A program made the position numbers and the translations under genes. A stretch of DNA of 64,000 nucleotides from the NCBI GenBank assembly GCA_016869835.1, contig VGDH01000002.1:4265-68264 (forward strand), given 5' to 3'. Below are positions 9,503 through 19,265 of this stretch, in pieces. The notes under the pieces are model-generated. The model did no database searches. It had not been told where the DNA came from and worked only from the letters and a program-made list of their open reading frames with translations. The number at the start of each line of letters is the position of its first letter. Within the stretch, counting starts at the first letter, position 1. The stretch comes from Alphaproteobacteria bacterium. Lineage in GTDB: Bacteria > Pseudomonadota > Alphaproteobacteria > Rhodobacterales > Rhodobacteraceae.

Positions 9503-10867
9503 ATGACCGATCAGACCCCCTATCCCACCCTGCGCGAGGCAACATGGGTCTGGGCGCGGATTGCCGCCCTGTCCTTTGGCGGGCCGGCAGGGCAGATCGC
9601 GGTGATGCACCGGGTGCTGGTCGAGGAAAAGCGCTGGATCGGGGATGGAAGGTTTCTGCATGCGCTGAACTTCTGCATGCTTTTGCCCGGACCCGAGGCG
9701 CAGCAGTCAGCCACCTATATCGGCTGGCTTTTGCATGGGGTGCGGGGCGCGCTGGTGGCGGGGCTGCTGTTCATTCTGCCCGGTGTTCTGGCGATCATGG
9801 GGCTAAGCTGGATCTATGCGATCTGGGGCAATCTGGGGTTTGTTTCGGCGCTGTTCTTCGGCATGAAGGCGGCGGTTCTGGCGCTTGTGCTGCAGGCCGT
9901 GGTGCGGCTGGGCCGCCGAGCGCTTCGGAACTGGACGATGCGCGCCTTGGCCTTGGCCTCGTTTCTGGCGATCTTTGCCTTTGCAGTGCCGTTTCCAATG
10001 ATCGTGGCGATGGCCGCCGTGATTGGCCGGATTGGAGCCAAGGCCGCTTGGACCGGTTTTCAAGCGGGCAGCGGGCACGGCGCAAGCGCTGCAAATCAGC
10101 TTGCCGATGCGGCCAGTTTGCTGGGAGAAGGGGGGGACGAAACTGCGCTCGCCCGTGCCGGGGCATTTCGGGCCGGGCTCGCCGCACTGGCGCTGTGGCT
10201 AACGCCGGTGGCCGCCCTGTTCGTTCTGGCGCCAGATAGCGTCTTTACCGATATTGCCAGCTTCTTTTCTCAGCTGGCCGTCCTGACCTTTGGCGGGGCC
10301 TACGCCGTTCTGGCCTGGGTCGCGCAAGAGGCCGTGAGTGGCTATGGCTGGCTTGGCGCGGGCGAAATGCTGGACGGGTTGGGTATGGCCGAAACCACGC
10401 CGGGACCGTTGATCATGGTGCTGCAATTCGTCGGCTTCATGGCTGCGCTGCGCGAGGCGGGCTGGGACGCGCCCCTTTTGGCCGCCACCCTGGGTGGGCT
10501 CTTGGCAACCTGGGTCACCTTTGCGCCCTGCTTTGCCTGGATCTTCCTCGGCGCGCCCTTCATGGAGCGGCTGCGCACCAATACCGCGCTGGCCGCCGCT
10601 TTGGCAGCGGTGACGGCGGCGGCGGTCGGGGCGATCCTGAACCTTGCGCTTTGGTTTGCGGTGCATGTGATCTGGACTGAGGTCCGGCAGATCGGCTGGG
10701 GCGGTCTCAGACTTGAAGTGCCGGTGTTTTCAACCCTCGATCCTGCGGCAGCCGGGTTGACGGTTCTGGCACTATGGGCGGTGTTCGGTCTGAGGCTGGG
10801 ACTGGCGCCAGTTCTGGCCGGGGCTGCGGCGCTTGGGCTTGGGCTGCATGCGGCTGGACTAGCCTGA
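9503..10867 (+). CDS. chrA: Chromate ion transporter (CHR family, two-domain)
   Basis: Duplicated CHR motifs (SFGGPAGQIAVMHRVLVEEKRWI and TFGGAYAVLAWVAQEAV...WLGAGEMLDGLGMAETTPGPL). Start trimmed to ATG 9503 (MTDQTPYPTL). Confidence 0.85.
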   Translation: MTDQTPYPTLREATWVWARIAALSFGGPAGQIAVMHRVLVEEKRWIGDGRFLHALNFCMLLPGPEAQQSATYIGWLLHGVRGALVAGLLFILPGVLAIMGLSWIYAIWGNLGFVSALFFGMKAAVLALVLQAVVRLGRRALRNWTMRALALASFLAIFAFAVPFPMIVAMAAVIGRIGAKAAWTGFQAGSGHGASAANQLADAASLLGEGGDETALARAGAFRAGLAALALWLTPVAALFVLAPDSVFTDIASFFSQLAVLTFGGAYAVLAWVAQEAVSGYGWLGAGEMLDGLGMAETTPGPLIMVLQFVGFMAALREAGWDAPLLAATLGGLLATWVTFAPCFAWIFLGAPFMERLRTNTALAAALAAVTAAAVGAILNLALWFAVHVIWTEVRQIGWGGLRLEVPVFSTLDPAAAGLTVLALWAVFGLRLGLAPVLAGAAALGLGLHAAGLA

Positions 10868-10968
10868 GGCCAAAGCGGCCAGCCGGTCCTGCTTTGAAAT
10901 GGCTTTCCTTTCAACCCGACCGGGGCAGGTTTGCACAGTATTCTACCCCTGTGACAATCGAGACTGCG

Positions 10969-12000
10969 ATGACTTGGACCATGCCGCCGGAGACCTTCCG
11001 GCAAGACCGGATCTGGATGGCCTTCCCGCGTGAAGGCGAAACGCTGGGCGCGGAAAGCGCCGCGCGGGAGGCGGGCTATGCGGCCTGGACCGCCGTCGCC
11101 CATGCAGTTGCCGAGTTCGAGCCGGTGACGATGATCGTTGATCCGACCGAGATGGCGCGGGCGAAGCGGATGTTGGGATCAGGTATCGAGATTGTCGAAC
11201 GGGTGATCGACGAATTCTGGCTGCGCGATACCGGGCCGACCTTTGTTCATGATGCCTCGGGCAATCTGGCGGCGGTGGACTGGATCTTCAACTGCTGGGG
11301 TGGTGGCGAATGGACCAGTGCCGCGCATGACCGCGGGCTTGGCGCCTTTGTCGGCGGGCTGGCGGGGGTTCCTGTGGTGTCCTCGCTGTTGGTCAACGAG
11401 GGTGGCGGGCTGCATGTGGATGGCGAAGGCACGATCCTGTTTACCAAGACGGTGCAGCTTGACCCCGACCGCAACCCCCATGCCGACAAGGGCCGGGTGG
11501 AGGCGGAGATGGCGCGCACCTTGGGTGTGGAAAAGGCGATTTGGCTGCCCAAGGGGTTGGCGCGCGATTATGAAACCTTTGGCACGCGCGGCCATGTGGA
11601 TATTGTCGCGACCTTTCCATCGCCGGGGAAAATTCTGCTGCACAGCCAACCAAACCCCGAACATCCCGATCATCGCACCATGCAGGACATTCGCCGCCTG
11701 CTGAGCGAGGCGACCGATGCCAAGGGTCGGCGGTTCGAGATCATCGATGTGCCCGCGCCCGAGACGCTGCGCGATGGGCATGACTTTGTGGATTGGAGCT
11801 ATATCAACCATCTGGTGGTCAATGACGGGGTCATCGCCTGCGGCTTTGGTGAGGCGGAGGCCGATGCGCGGGCGCGCGACATTCTGGCCGCCGCCTATCC
11901 GGGCCGCCGGGTTGTGACGGTGGACGCGCGCGAGTTGTTTGCGCGGGGTGGCGGGGTGCATTGCATCACGCAGCAGCAACCGGCGCGGAAAGCGAAATGA
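10969..12000 (+). CDS. Agmatine deiminase-like (PAD_porph family) guanidino-group hydrolase
   Basis: 343 aa from ATG 10969. Motifs FWLRDTGPTF, NEGGGLHVDGEGT, GHVD and C-terminal catalytic-Cys motif GGGVHCITQQQP. Confidence 0.8.
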   Translation: MTWTMPPETFRQDRIWMAFPREGETLGAESAAREAGYAAWTAVAHAVAEFEPVTMIVDPTEMARAKRMLGSGIEIVERVIDEFWLRDTGPTFVHDASGNLAAVDWIFNCWGGGEWTSAAHDRGLGAFVGGLAGVPVVSSLLVNEGGGLHVDGEGTILFTKTVQLDPDRNPHADKGRVEAEMARTLGVEKAIWLPKGLARDYETFGTRGHVDIVATFPSPGKILLHSQPNPEHPDHRTMQDIRRLLSEATDAKGRRFEIIDVPAPETLRDGHDFVDWSYINHLVVNDGVIACGFGEAEADARARDILAAAYPGRRVVTVDARELFARGGGVHCITQQQPARKAK

Positions 12001-13682
12001 CGGTTGTCGAGACAAGCATCGCCGAGTTGCGCGCGGCTTTGGAGGCAGGGCGGGATACCAGCCTTGGGCTGGTGCGCGCCTATCTGGATCGGATCGCGCG
12101 GTATGACTGCGCCGGGCCGTGTCTGAACGCGGTGCCCGTGCTGAACCCCGAAGCCGAGGCTGACGCCCGCGCCTCGGATGCGCGGCGCAAGGCTGGGGCG
12201 GTTCTGGGGCCGCTGGACGGCATCCCCTATACCGCCAAGGCCAGCTACAAGGTGCGGGGGCTTCCGGCCACCGCAGGCTCGCCCGCTTTTGCCGATCTGG
12301 TGGCCACGGATGATGCCTTTGCGATTGCCCGGCTGCGCGCGGCGGGGGCGGTGTTGATCGGGCTGACCAATATGCCGCCGATGGCCAATGGCGGCATGCA
12401 GCGCGGGCTGTATGGGCGGGCGGAAAGTCCCTATTCGGCCGATTGGCTCACCGCTGCCTTTGCCTCGGGGTCGTCCAACGGGTCGGGGAGTGCGACGGCG
12501 GCGAGCTTTGGTGCCTTTGGTCTGGCTGAAGAAACCTGGTCCTCGGGGCGGGCACCTGCGGCGAACAACGGGCTTTGTGCCTATACGCCGTCGCGCGGGG
12601 TGATCTCGGTGCGCGGCAACTGGCCCTTGGTGCCGACGATGGATGTGGTCGTGCCGCATACCCGGTCGATGGCGGATATGCTGGAGGTGCTGGACGCCAT
12701 CGTGGCGGATGACCCGAACCCGCGCGGCGATTTGTGGCGGATGCAGGATTGGGTGGCGTTTCCGGCGGCATCGGCGCATCGGCCAGCGTCTTATCCCGCA
12801 CTTGCGGCGCGGGCTTCGCTGCGCGGCAAGCGGATTGGGTTTCCGGCGATGTACATCAACGCCGACCCTCTGGCTGGGACAGCCGAAAACCCCGGCATCG
12901 GGGGGCCGACGGGCCAGCGGATTGAGACCCGCACCTCGGTTCTGGCGCTGGTGGAGAACGCTCGCGCCGCGATGGAGGCCGCCGGCGCCGAGGTGATTGT
13001 GACCGAGTTTCCCGTCATCACCAATTACGAGGGCGACCGGCCCGGCGCGCCGAAGATTCACACGCGCGGGCTGGTGAGTGCGAACTATCTCAAGCGCGAG
13101 ATTGTCGATCTGTCGGTTTGGGCGTGGAATGACTTTCTGGCGGCGAATGGCCAGCCGGGGCTGGACCTTCTGGCGCAGGTCGACGGCGCGCGGATCTTTC
13201 CGCAGCCGCCCGGCGCGCTGCCGGATCGCTATACGGGTTTTGACGACGACATCGCGCATTACCCGGACCATGCCCGCGCCAACCCGCCCGGCGATTTCCG
13301 CGACATCCCGCATTTGGCCGAGGGGTTTGCGGGGCTGGAGGCCACGCGCAAGGCCGATCTTGAGGACTGGATGGACGGGCTGGGTCTGGATGCCGTGGTC
13401 TTCCCGGCGGCGGCCGATGTGGGTCCGGCGGATGCCGATGTGAACCCCGCCTCGGCCGATCTCGCGTGGCGCAACGGGGTTTGGGTGGCAAACGGCAATC
13501 TGGCGATCCGGCATCTTGGGATTCCGACGGTCACGGTGCCGATGGGGGTGATGGCCGATATCGGCATGCCTGCGGGCCTGACCTTTGTCGGGCGCGGCTG
13601 GGATGATCTGGCGCTGTTGCAACTGGCCTTTGCCTTTGAGGCGACAGGCCCCTATCGCAGCCCGCCGCCCCGCTGCCCTTGA
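11997..13682 (+). CDS. Amidase-signature family amidase
   Basis: 561 aa. ATG 11997 overlaps the upstream stop (ATGA). Ser/Gly-rich signature region ASGSSNGSGSATAASFGAFGLAEETWSSGRAPAANNGL. Confidence 0.8.
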   Translation: MTVVETSIAELRAALEAGRDTSLGLVRAYLDRIARYDCAGPCLNAVPVLNPEAEADARASDARRKAGAVLGPLDGIPYTAKASYKVRGLPATAGSPAFADLVATDDAFAIARLRAAGAVLIGLTNMPPMANGGMQRGLYGRAESPYSADWLTAAFASGSSNGSGSATAASFGAFGLAEETWSSGRAPAANNGLCAYTPSRGVISVRGNWPLVPTMDVVVPHTRSMADMLEVLDAIVADDPNPRGDLWRMQDWVAFPAASAHRPASYPALAARASLRGKRIGFPAMYINADPLAGTAENPGIGGPTGQRIETRTSVLALVENARAAMEAAGAEVIVTEFPVITNYEGDRPGAPKIHTRGLVSANYLKREIVDLSVWAWNDFLAANGQPGLDLLAQVDGARIFPQPPGALPDRYTGFDDDIAHYPDHARANPPGDFRDIPHLAEGFAGLEATRKADLEDWMDGLGLDAVVFPAAADVGPADADVNPASADLAWRNGVWVANGNLAIRHLGIPTVTVPMGVMADIGMPAGLTFVGRGWDDLALLQLAFAFEATGPYRSPPPRCP

Positions 13683-13688
13683 CCGGGG

Positions 13689-14363
13689 CTATTCATCACC
13701 CGGTACGCCGTAAGAGGGCGCAGCGCGCGGATCCAGCGCACGCTGCACATAGGCGTCAAGCTGGGGTTTGTAGATGTCCCACAGCCCGGCGAGTGCCTCG
13801 ATCGGGCAGTCGTCGGTCCAGTCGCAGCGCAGGTCGGCGACGGGCCAGCTGACCTTGTCCACCAGACGCAGGCCCGCGGAGTGAACCGGACCGGCCTCAC
13901 CCCCTGCCACGACACCCGCGCGCATGGCGGCAATCAGGCGATCGCCCAGATGGCCGGTTGAGCCTTCGAACCCTGCGACGATGGCCTGCGGCACGCCGGA
14001 ATTGGCGAGAAGATTGCCACCCGAGGCGACATCGCGGCCCTGCGCCTCGGCCCAGATGCCCAGGGCGTTGGGGCCGGAATGAATGGCGGTGCCGCCTGCC
14101 GCGTCAATCACCAGAACCTGACGGTAGTCGATGAAGGCGCTGTCCGCCCGGATGCGGGCAATCGCCTGTGCGGCCGTCGCGCCAGCTTGCATCAGGTCAA
14201 GCGCGAGGGGGCCAAGGGTGGGATCGGTGATGTTCTGGCTGGCGACCGCGCCGACGCCCGCCCGGGCATAAGAGCAGCGAGCGGCAACGGCGGGAGAGGA
14301 CGACGAGATTGCCACCCCGAACATACCGGTTTCCGCACAGCGGGCGACAAGCGAGAAGGTCAT
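13689..14363 (-). CDS. DUF1028 family protein (Ntn-hydrolase-like)
   Basis: 224 aa from ATG 14363. N-terminal MTFSLVARC...GVAISSSSPAVAARC is typical of DUF1028 as I recall it. Confidence 0.65.
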   Translation of the reverse strand: MTFSLVARCAETGMFGVAISSSSPAVAARCSYARAGVGAVASQNITDPTLGPLALDLMQAGATAAQAIARIRADSAFIDYRQVLVIDAAGGTAIHSGPNALGIWAEAQGRDVASGGNLLANSGVPQAIVAGFEGSTGHLGDRLIAAMRAGVVAGGEAGPVHSAGLRLVDKVSWPVADLRCDWTDDCPIEALAGLWDIYKPQLDAYVQRALDPRAAPSYGVPGDE

Positions 14364-14367
14364 GCGA

Positions 14368-14784
14368 TCAATCCGGAATGACGGCGGTGCCGTCGATTTC
14401 CACCAGCCAATTCGGCCGGGCCAGCGCGCTGACCACAAGGCCGGTGGAGACCGGATGCACGCCCTTCAGATACTCGCCCATGGTGCGGTAGACCGCCTCG
14501 CGGTGGCGGACGTCGGTGATATAGACGACGACCTTGACCAGATGCTCCATCTGGCCGCCGCATTCTTCGATCAGTTGCTTGATGTTCTGCATCACCTTGT
14601 GGGTCTGTTCGACCGGGTCATGGCTGCCGATGTCCTTGGCGTCATCGAGGTTCTGCGGGCACTGGCCGCGCAGATAGATCGTGCGGCCGCCCTGCGTGAC
14701 CACCGCCTGACACAGGTCATTGTCCAGCTTCTGTTCAGGGTAGGTGTCCTTGGTGTTGAACTTGCGGTGGCGGTAATGCGCCAT
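14368..14784 (-). CDS. RidA/YjgF family enamine/imine deaminase-like protein
   Basis: 138 aa, RidA-like C-terminus (VVVYITDVRHREAVYRTMGEYL...VSALARPNWLVEIDGTAV). Confidence 0.75.
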   Translation of the reverse strand: MAHYRHRKFNTKDTYPEQKLDNDLCQAVVTQGGRTIYLRGQCPQNLDDAKDIGSHDPVEQTHKVMQNIKQLIEECGGQMEHLVKVVVYITDVRHREAVYRTMGEYLKGVHPVSTGLVVSALARPNWLVEIDGTAVIPD

Positions 14785-14856
14785 GGTCGTCTCCTGTTCG
14801 CGGTTTCTGTGAGCCTGCCCGCGCGGCGCGGCAAAGGCAATCTTGGTCAGGGCCTT

Positions 14857-16119
14857 TCAGGCCGGGCGATAGCTGTGATAGGCGCGCTGAATGGCGATCT
14901 GGTCGGCGACGTGGCGCGCATCATGCCAGACACCCCAGATAAAGCTGGAGCCGCGCCGCGACAGCCAGGGCAGGCCGATGAAGTAGATCCCAGGTTCGGC
15001 CGACACGCCCCGCTGATGCTTGGGCTTGCCCGCATCGTCCAAAGCACCGGGGGGAAGCCAGCTGTAATCGCTGGCAAAGCCGGTGGCCCAGATGATTGAC
15101 CGCACGCCCGCCGCCGCAAGGTCCAGCGACTTGATCGGATGCGTCAGACATTCGGGATCGGCAGGCAAGTGCCGCGCTGCCGGGTCAAGCGGCAGGTCCA
15201 ACCCGTTGCGCAGGGCATAGGTATCAGCGCGGTCAAGCACCGACAAGAGCGCCTCATCACCCCGGCGGATGATGTCGGGCAGGTCATTGCGGAACTGCGC
15301 GCGGGTCTGGCCTGCGGGGCCGTCAAAGCCCGCGGTCAGGCCGACAAGCGTGATGCCCTCATGCGCCAAGGTGCGGAAATCAATGGTCTTGCCACCATCG
15401 GCCCCGCTGATCGCCACGGTCACATGTTCGCTGCCGGTGGCGGGGGTCTGAATATCCCACAGGCCCAAAATCCCCAGCCACCAGACAAAATCACGCCCGC
15501 GATAGGCGCGCGGCGTGCGTTCATGCGGGCCGACCGACAGGTAAACCTTGCGCCCGGCGCGGTTCAGCTCATCGGCAATCTGCGCGCCGGATGACCCCGC
15601 GCCAATCACTAGCACGGCACCTTCGGGCAATTGGCCGGGATTGCGATAGGCGTTGGAGTGGATCTGCACCAAAGCCTCATCCTTCGGAGCAATCGCGGGG
15701 ATAACCGGGGTCTGGAAGGCCCCGGTCGCGGCGACGACCCGCGTCGCCTCGATCACGCCGGCCGAGGTTTCTACCAGAAACCCGGCCTTTTCGACGTGCG
15801 GCGTGACCTTGGTCACGGCAACCCCGGTGCGGATAGGCGCCTTGATCATCTTGGCATAGGCCTCGAAGTAGTCAGCCACTTTTTCCTTTGGAGCAAAGGC
15901 ATCGGGATCGATGCCCTCAAACTCCATCCCCGGAAACCGGTCATGCCAGGCCGGACCATTGGCCACCAGCGCATCCCAGCGCGCGCTGCGCCAGCGTTCT
16001 GCGATCCGATCCCGTTCCAGCACGAGATGCGGAACACCCAGCGCGCCCAGATGCTCGCTCATCGCGACCCCGGCCTGACCGGCGCCGACAACAAGCGTAT
16101 CGATCTTTTCCACTGGCAT
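14857..16119 (-). CDS. NAD(P)/FAD-dependent flavin monooxygenase-like oxidoreductase (CzcO/FMO-like)
   Basis: Two dinucleotide-binding motifs (VVGAGQAG near the N-terminus, VIGAGSSGAQIA mid-protein). Start trimmed to ATG 16119 (MPVEKIDTLVV). Confidence 0.75.
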   Translation of the reverse strand: MPVEKIDTLVVGAGQAGVAMSEHLGALGVPHLVLERDRIAERWRSARWDALVANGPAWHDRFPGMEFEGIDPDAFAPKEKVADYFEAYAKMIKAPIRTGVAVTKVTPHVEKAGFLVETSAGVIEATRVVAATGAFQTPVIPAIAPKDEALVQIHSNAYRNPGQLPEGAVLVIGAGSSGAQIADELNRAGRKVYLSVGPHERTPRAYRGRDFVWWLGILGLWDIQTPATGSEHVTVAISGADGGKTIDFRTLAHEGITLVGLTAGFDGPAGQTRAQFRNDLPDIIRRGDEALLSVLDRADTYALRNGLDLPLDPAARHLPADPECLTHPIKSLDLAAAGVRSIIWATGFASDYSWLPPGALDDAGKPKHQRGVSAEPGIYFIGLPWLSRRGSSFIWGVWHDARHVADQIAIQRAYHSYRPA

Positions 16120-16309
16120 CGGTGCAATCCTTTCCCGTTCGCGGTCCGCACGGCGTCCGCCCTTTGGCGCACAGTCGGCCAATCAGGGCGAAAGGGAAAG
16201 TCATAGATTTTGACGCCCCGCTTAGGAAAAGCCAAAGCAAGCCGGCTTTGTCCTCTGATCCGGTCGCCGCAGGCTTGCCCTTGGCCGCGTCAAATGACAC
16301 CAAAGGCCC

Positions 16310-17251
16310 ATGCTGGCGATCTTTATGAAAACCCTGCCATTCTTTGCCATCATCGGCCTGGGCTACTGGGCCGGGCGGACCCGGTTTTTCAGCCCCGAAG
16401 CGACCGCGTTTCTGACGAAATTCGTCTTTTACTTTCCCTTGTCCGCGATGCTGTTCGGCTTTGCCTCCAACCTTTCCCTGGCCAAGATCTTTGAACCTCG
16501 CTTTGTGGCGGCCTATCTGCTTGCCTCGTTTGCGCTTTATGCGCTGGTGCTGGCGGTCGCGCGGCTGCGGGGGCTTGGCTGGGCCGAGGGCGCGATGGAG
16601 GCCCATGCCGGTGTTACAGGCAACACCGGATTTCTTGGCGTGCCGATGCTGGTGCTGCTTTTGGGGCCTGCCGCGGCTGGCCCGGTGATGATGGTGCTGA
16701 CGGTGGATATGGTGATCTTTTCCAGCCTGATCACGCTGATCATCACCGGCGCGCGCGAGGGGCAATTGCGGCTTGCGACGCTGGCGATTCTGGGCCGCGG
16801 GCTTTTGGCCAATCCGATGATAGTGTCGATCGTTCTGGGCTTTGTCTGGTCAGGATTGGGGCTGCCCCTGCCGGATGTGGTCAATGAATTCATGACATTA
16901 CTGGGTGCGGCGGCCACCCCTTGCGCGCTCTTTGCCATCGGGGCAAGCCTTGCGGGGCGCAAGGCAGACCGGCTGGCCCCTGCCGGGTGGATTTCCTTTG
17001 CCAAGCTGGTGATACATCCCGCACTGGTGGCCATCGCCGCACTGGTGATCTTTGCCGTCGAACCCTTTGCCGCAGGGGTGATGATTGCCGCCGCCGCCCT
17101 TCCGGTGGCGGGGAATGTGTTCATTCTGGCGCAGCACTATGGGGTGGCGCCGCAGCGGGTCTCGACCACAATCCTGATTTCAACTGCCGTCTCGGTCTTG
17201 ACGGTATCGGCTGTCATTGCCCTTGTGGGGCCATTGGTGGGGAAGCTATGA
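16310..17251 (+). CDS. AEC (auxin efflux carrier) family permease
   Basis: 313 aa, about 10 TM segments, N-terminus ...LPFFAIIGLGYWAGR is typical of the AEC family. Confidence 0.75.
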   Translation: MLAIFMKTLPFFAIIGLGYWAGRTRFFSPEATAFLTKFVFYFPLSAMLFGFASNLSLAKIFEPRFVAAYLLASFALYALVLAVARLRGLGWAEGAMEAHAGVTGNTGFLGVPMLVLLLGPAAAGPVMMVLTVDMVIFSSLITLIITGAREGQLRLATLAILGRGLLANPMIVSIVLGFVWSGLGLPLPDVVNEFMTLLGAAATPCALFAIGASLAGRKADRLAPAGWISFAKLVIHPALVAIAALVIFAVEPFAAGVMIAAAALPVAGNVFILAQHYGVAPQRVSTTILISTAVSVLTVSAVIALVGPLVGKL

Positions 17252-18078
17252 AAACCGTTTCGGAAAACCGCTGCTTTGGAGGCGTGCAGGGGGTTTACTC
17301 TCATGCCTCGCAGGTGACGGGCTGTGACATGACCTTTGGGCTTTTCCTGCCCGAGGAGGCAGAGACCAATGTGGTTCCGGTGATCTGGTATCTGTCGGGC
17401 CTGACCTGCACCCATGAAAACGCCATTGTCAAAGCGGGCGCGCAGCGTTGGGCGGCCGAGATGGGCGTGGCGGTGGTCTTTCCCGACACCAGCCCGCGCG
17501 GCGAGGGGGTGGCGAATGACGCCGCCTATGATCTGGGCCAAGGGGCGGGGTTTTACGTCAACGCCACCGAAGCGCCGTGGAAGCCGCATTTCCGCATGTG
17601 GGATTATGTGACCGATGAGCTGCCGCGCCTGTTGTTCAACGCCTTTCCCTTGGCCGAAGAGGCCCAAGCCATCATCGGCCATTCGATGGGCGGCCATGGG
17701 GCGCTGACGATTGCGATGAGCTTTCCGGGGCGGTTCCGGTCGGTCTCGGCCTTTGCGCCCATCTGCAATCCGACAGCCAGCGATTGGGGCCGCAAGCAGT
17801 TCGCGGCCTATCTGGGCACGGATGAGGCAAGCTGGGCCGCGCATGATGCGACCTTGTTGATGAAAAAGCGCGGCTTTGACGGGCCGATGCTGATTGATCA
17901 GGGCACGGCGGATCAGTTCATTGACCTGTTGCGCCCCGAGGCCTTGGCCGGGGCCATGGCCGAGCGGCGGCAGGGTGGCGCCTTCCGGATGCAAAAGGGC
18001 TATGACCACAGCTATTTCTTCGTCTCGACCTTTATGGAAGAGCATGTCGCGTTCCATGCGGCGGCGTTGCATGGCTAA
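17248..18078 (+). CDS. fghA: S-formylglutathione hydrolase (esterase D)
   Basis: 276 aa from ATG 17248, overlapping the upstream stop (ATGA). Motifs [14 protein letters not shown], nucleophile elbow GHSMGGHGA, and DHSYFF near the C-terminus. Confidence 0.9.
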   Translation: MKTVSENRCFGGVQGVYSHASQVTGCDMTFGLFLPEEAETNVVPVIWYLSGLTCTHENAIVKAGAQRWAAEMGVAVVFPDTSPRGEGVANDAAYDLGQGAGFYVNATEAPWKPHFRMWDYVTDELPRLLFNAFPLAEEAQAIIGHSMGGHGALTIAMSFPGRFRSVSAFAPICNPTASDWGRKQFAAYLGTDEASWAAHDATLLMKKRGFDGPMLIDQGTADQFIDLLRPEALAGAMAERRQGGAFRMQKGYDHSYFFVSTFMEEHVAFHAAALHG

Positions 18079-18110
18079 GGTGGGGTGGAACCCTACCCTA
18101 CGGGGGGGCA

Positions 18111-18569
18111 ATGACGATCTGGATTGATGCCGATGCCTGCCCGGTGAAGGACGAGGCCGAGCGGGTGGCGACCCGGCATGGGGTGCGGATGGTGCTGGTG
18201 TCGAATGGTGGCATTCGGCCCAGTCAGAACCCGCTGGTGGAAAGCGTCTATGTCACCGCCGGGCCGGATGAGGCCGACAAGCACATTGCCGAGGCCTGCG
18301 TGCCGGGCGATGTGGTGGTGACAGGCGACATCCCCTTGGCCGCGAAATGCGTGGAAAAGGGCGCGCGGGTGGTGAAGCACAATGGCGAAGTGCTGCATGG
18401 CACCAACATCGGCATGGCGCTGGCGACGCGCGATTTGATGCAAGACCTGCGCAGCGCCGATCCCTTCCGCCAAGGCGGCGGGCGGCCGTTTTCCAAGGCG
18501 GATCGGTCCCGGTTTCTGGATGTGCTGGAGCGTGAGGTCAGGGCGTCCAAGGCACGACAGGCCGAATAG
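18111..18569 (+). CDS. YaiI/YqxD family protein (DUF188)
   Basis: 152 aa, [12 protein letters not shown]... N-terminus characteristic of UPF0178. Confidence 0.8.
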   Translation: MTIWIDADACPVKDEAERVATRHGVRMVLVSNGGIRPSQNPLVESVYVTAGPDEADKHIAEACVPGDVVVTGDIPLAAKCVEKGARVVKHNGEVLHGTNIGMALATRDLMQDLRSADPFRQGGGRPFSKADRSRFLDVLEREVRASKARQAE

Positions 18570-18572
18570 AGC

Positions 18573-19265
18573 CTATTCGAACACCGACAACACCTGATCG
18601 CGCGGCTTTTTGCGCTTGGCCACGGCGGGCACTGTGGCATCTGGAGCGGGCCAGCCGACCGGCAGGATCATGACCGCCTTTTCCTGTTCGGGCCGACCAC
18701 ACAGCGCAGGCAGAAACTTCATCGGGTTCGGCGTGTGTTCCAGACAGCAAAGCCCCGCCTGATGCAGGGCGGTGATAAGCATGCCCGTGGCGATGCCGAC
18801 GCTTTCAGGCACGTAATAGTTCTTGTAGCGCGTGCCGTCCTCGGTCAGCCCGAAGCGTTGGGCAAAGACCACGATCAGCCACGGGGCTTCGGTCAGGTGG
18901 GGTTTGTCGACGCCATTGCCGATGGGTTCCAGCGCGGCCAGCCATTCATCGCCCGCACCGCCGGAATAAAAGGCGCGCTCTTCTTCCTCGGCGGCCTCAC
19001 GGATCTTGGCCTTCATCGGCGGGTTGGAAATGGCCACGAAATGCCACGGCTGGTGATTGGCGCCCGACGGTGCGGTGCAGGCCGCCTCGATACAGGCGGT
19101 GATGATGTCTTGCGGCACGGGGCGGGTGGAAAACTGCCGCACTGAGTGGCGTTTTTTCATGTAGTCGCGGAAGGCCAGCGCATCGGCAAGCGCCTGATCG
19201 TCGGGTTTTTGCACCCGGTCGGGCAGCGCCAAAGCCTGATAGCGGACTTCATCTTTGCGATACAT
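18573..19265 (-). CDS. Nitroreductase family protein
   Basis: 230 aa from ATG 19265 (MYRKDEV). Motifs RHSVRQF and APSGANHQPWHFV. Its start overlaps the mbfA stop by 1 nt (TGATG). Confidence 0.8.
   Translation of the reverse strand: MYRKDEVRYQALALPDRVQKPDDQALADALAFRDYMKKRHSVRQFSTRPVPQDIITACIEAACTAPSGANHQPWHFVAISNPPMKAKIREAAEEEERAFYSGGAGDEWLAALEPIGNGVDKPHLTEAPWLIVVFAQRFGLTEDGTRYKNYYVPESVGIATGMLITALHQAGLCCLEHTPNPMKFLPALCGRPEQEKAVMILPVGWPAPDATVPAVAKRKKPRDQVLSVFE

Noticed and set aside
11895-13622. 575-aa ORF antisense to the amidase gene
   Set aside because: Arg/Pro/Gly-rich sequence with no recognisable motifs. The opposite strand carries a convincing amidase-signature protein.
9300-18078. Possible genomic island inserted at tRNA-Pro (chrA and the nitrogen-catabolic genes downstream)
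   Set aside because: No integrase, no direct repeat of the tRNA 3' end that I could find, and no clear compositional break.
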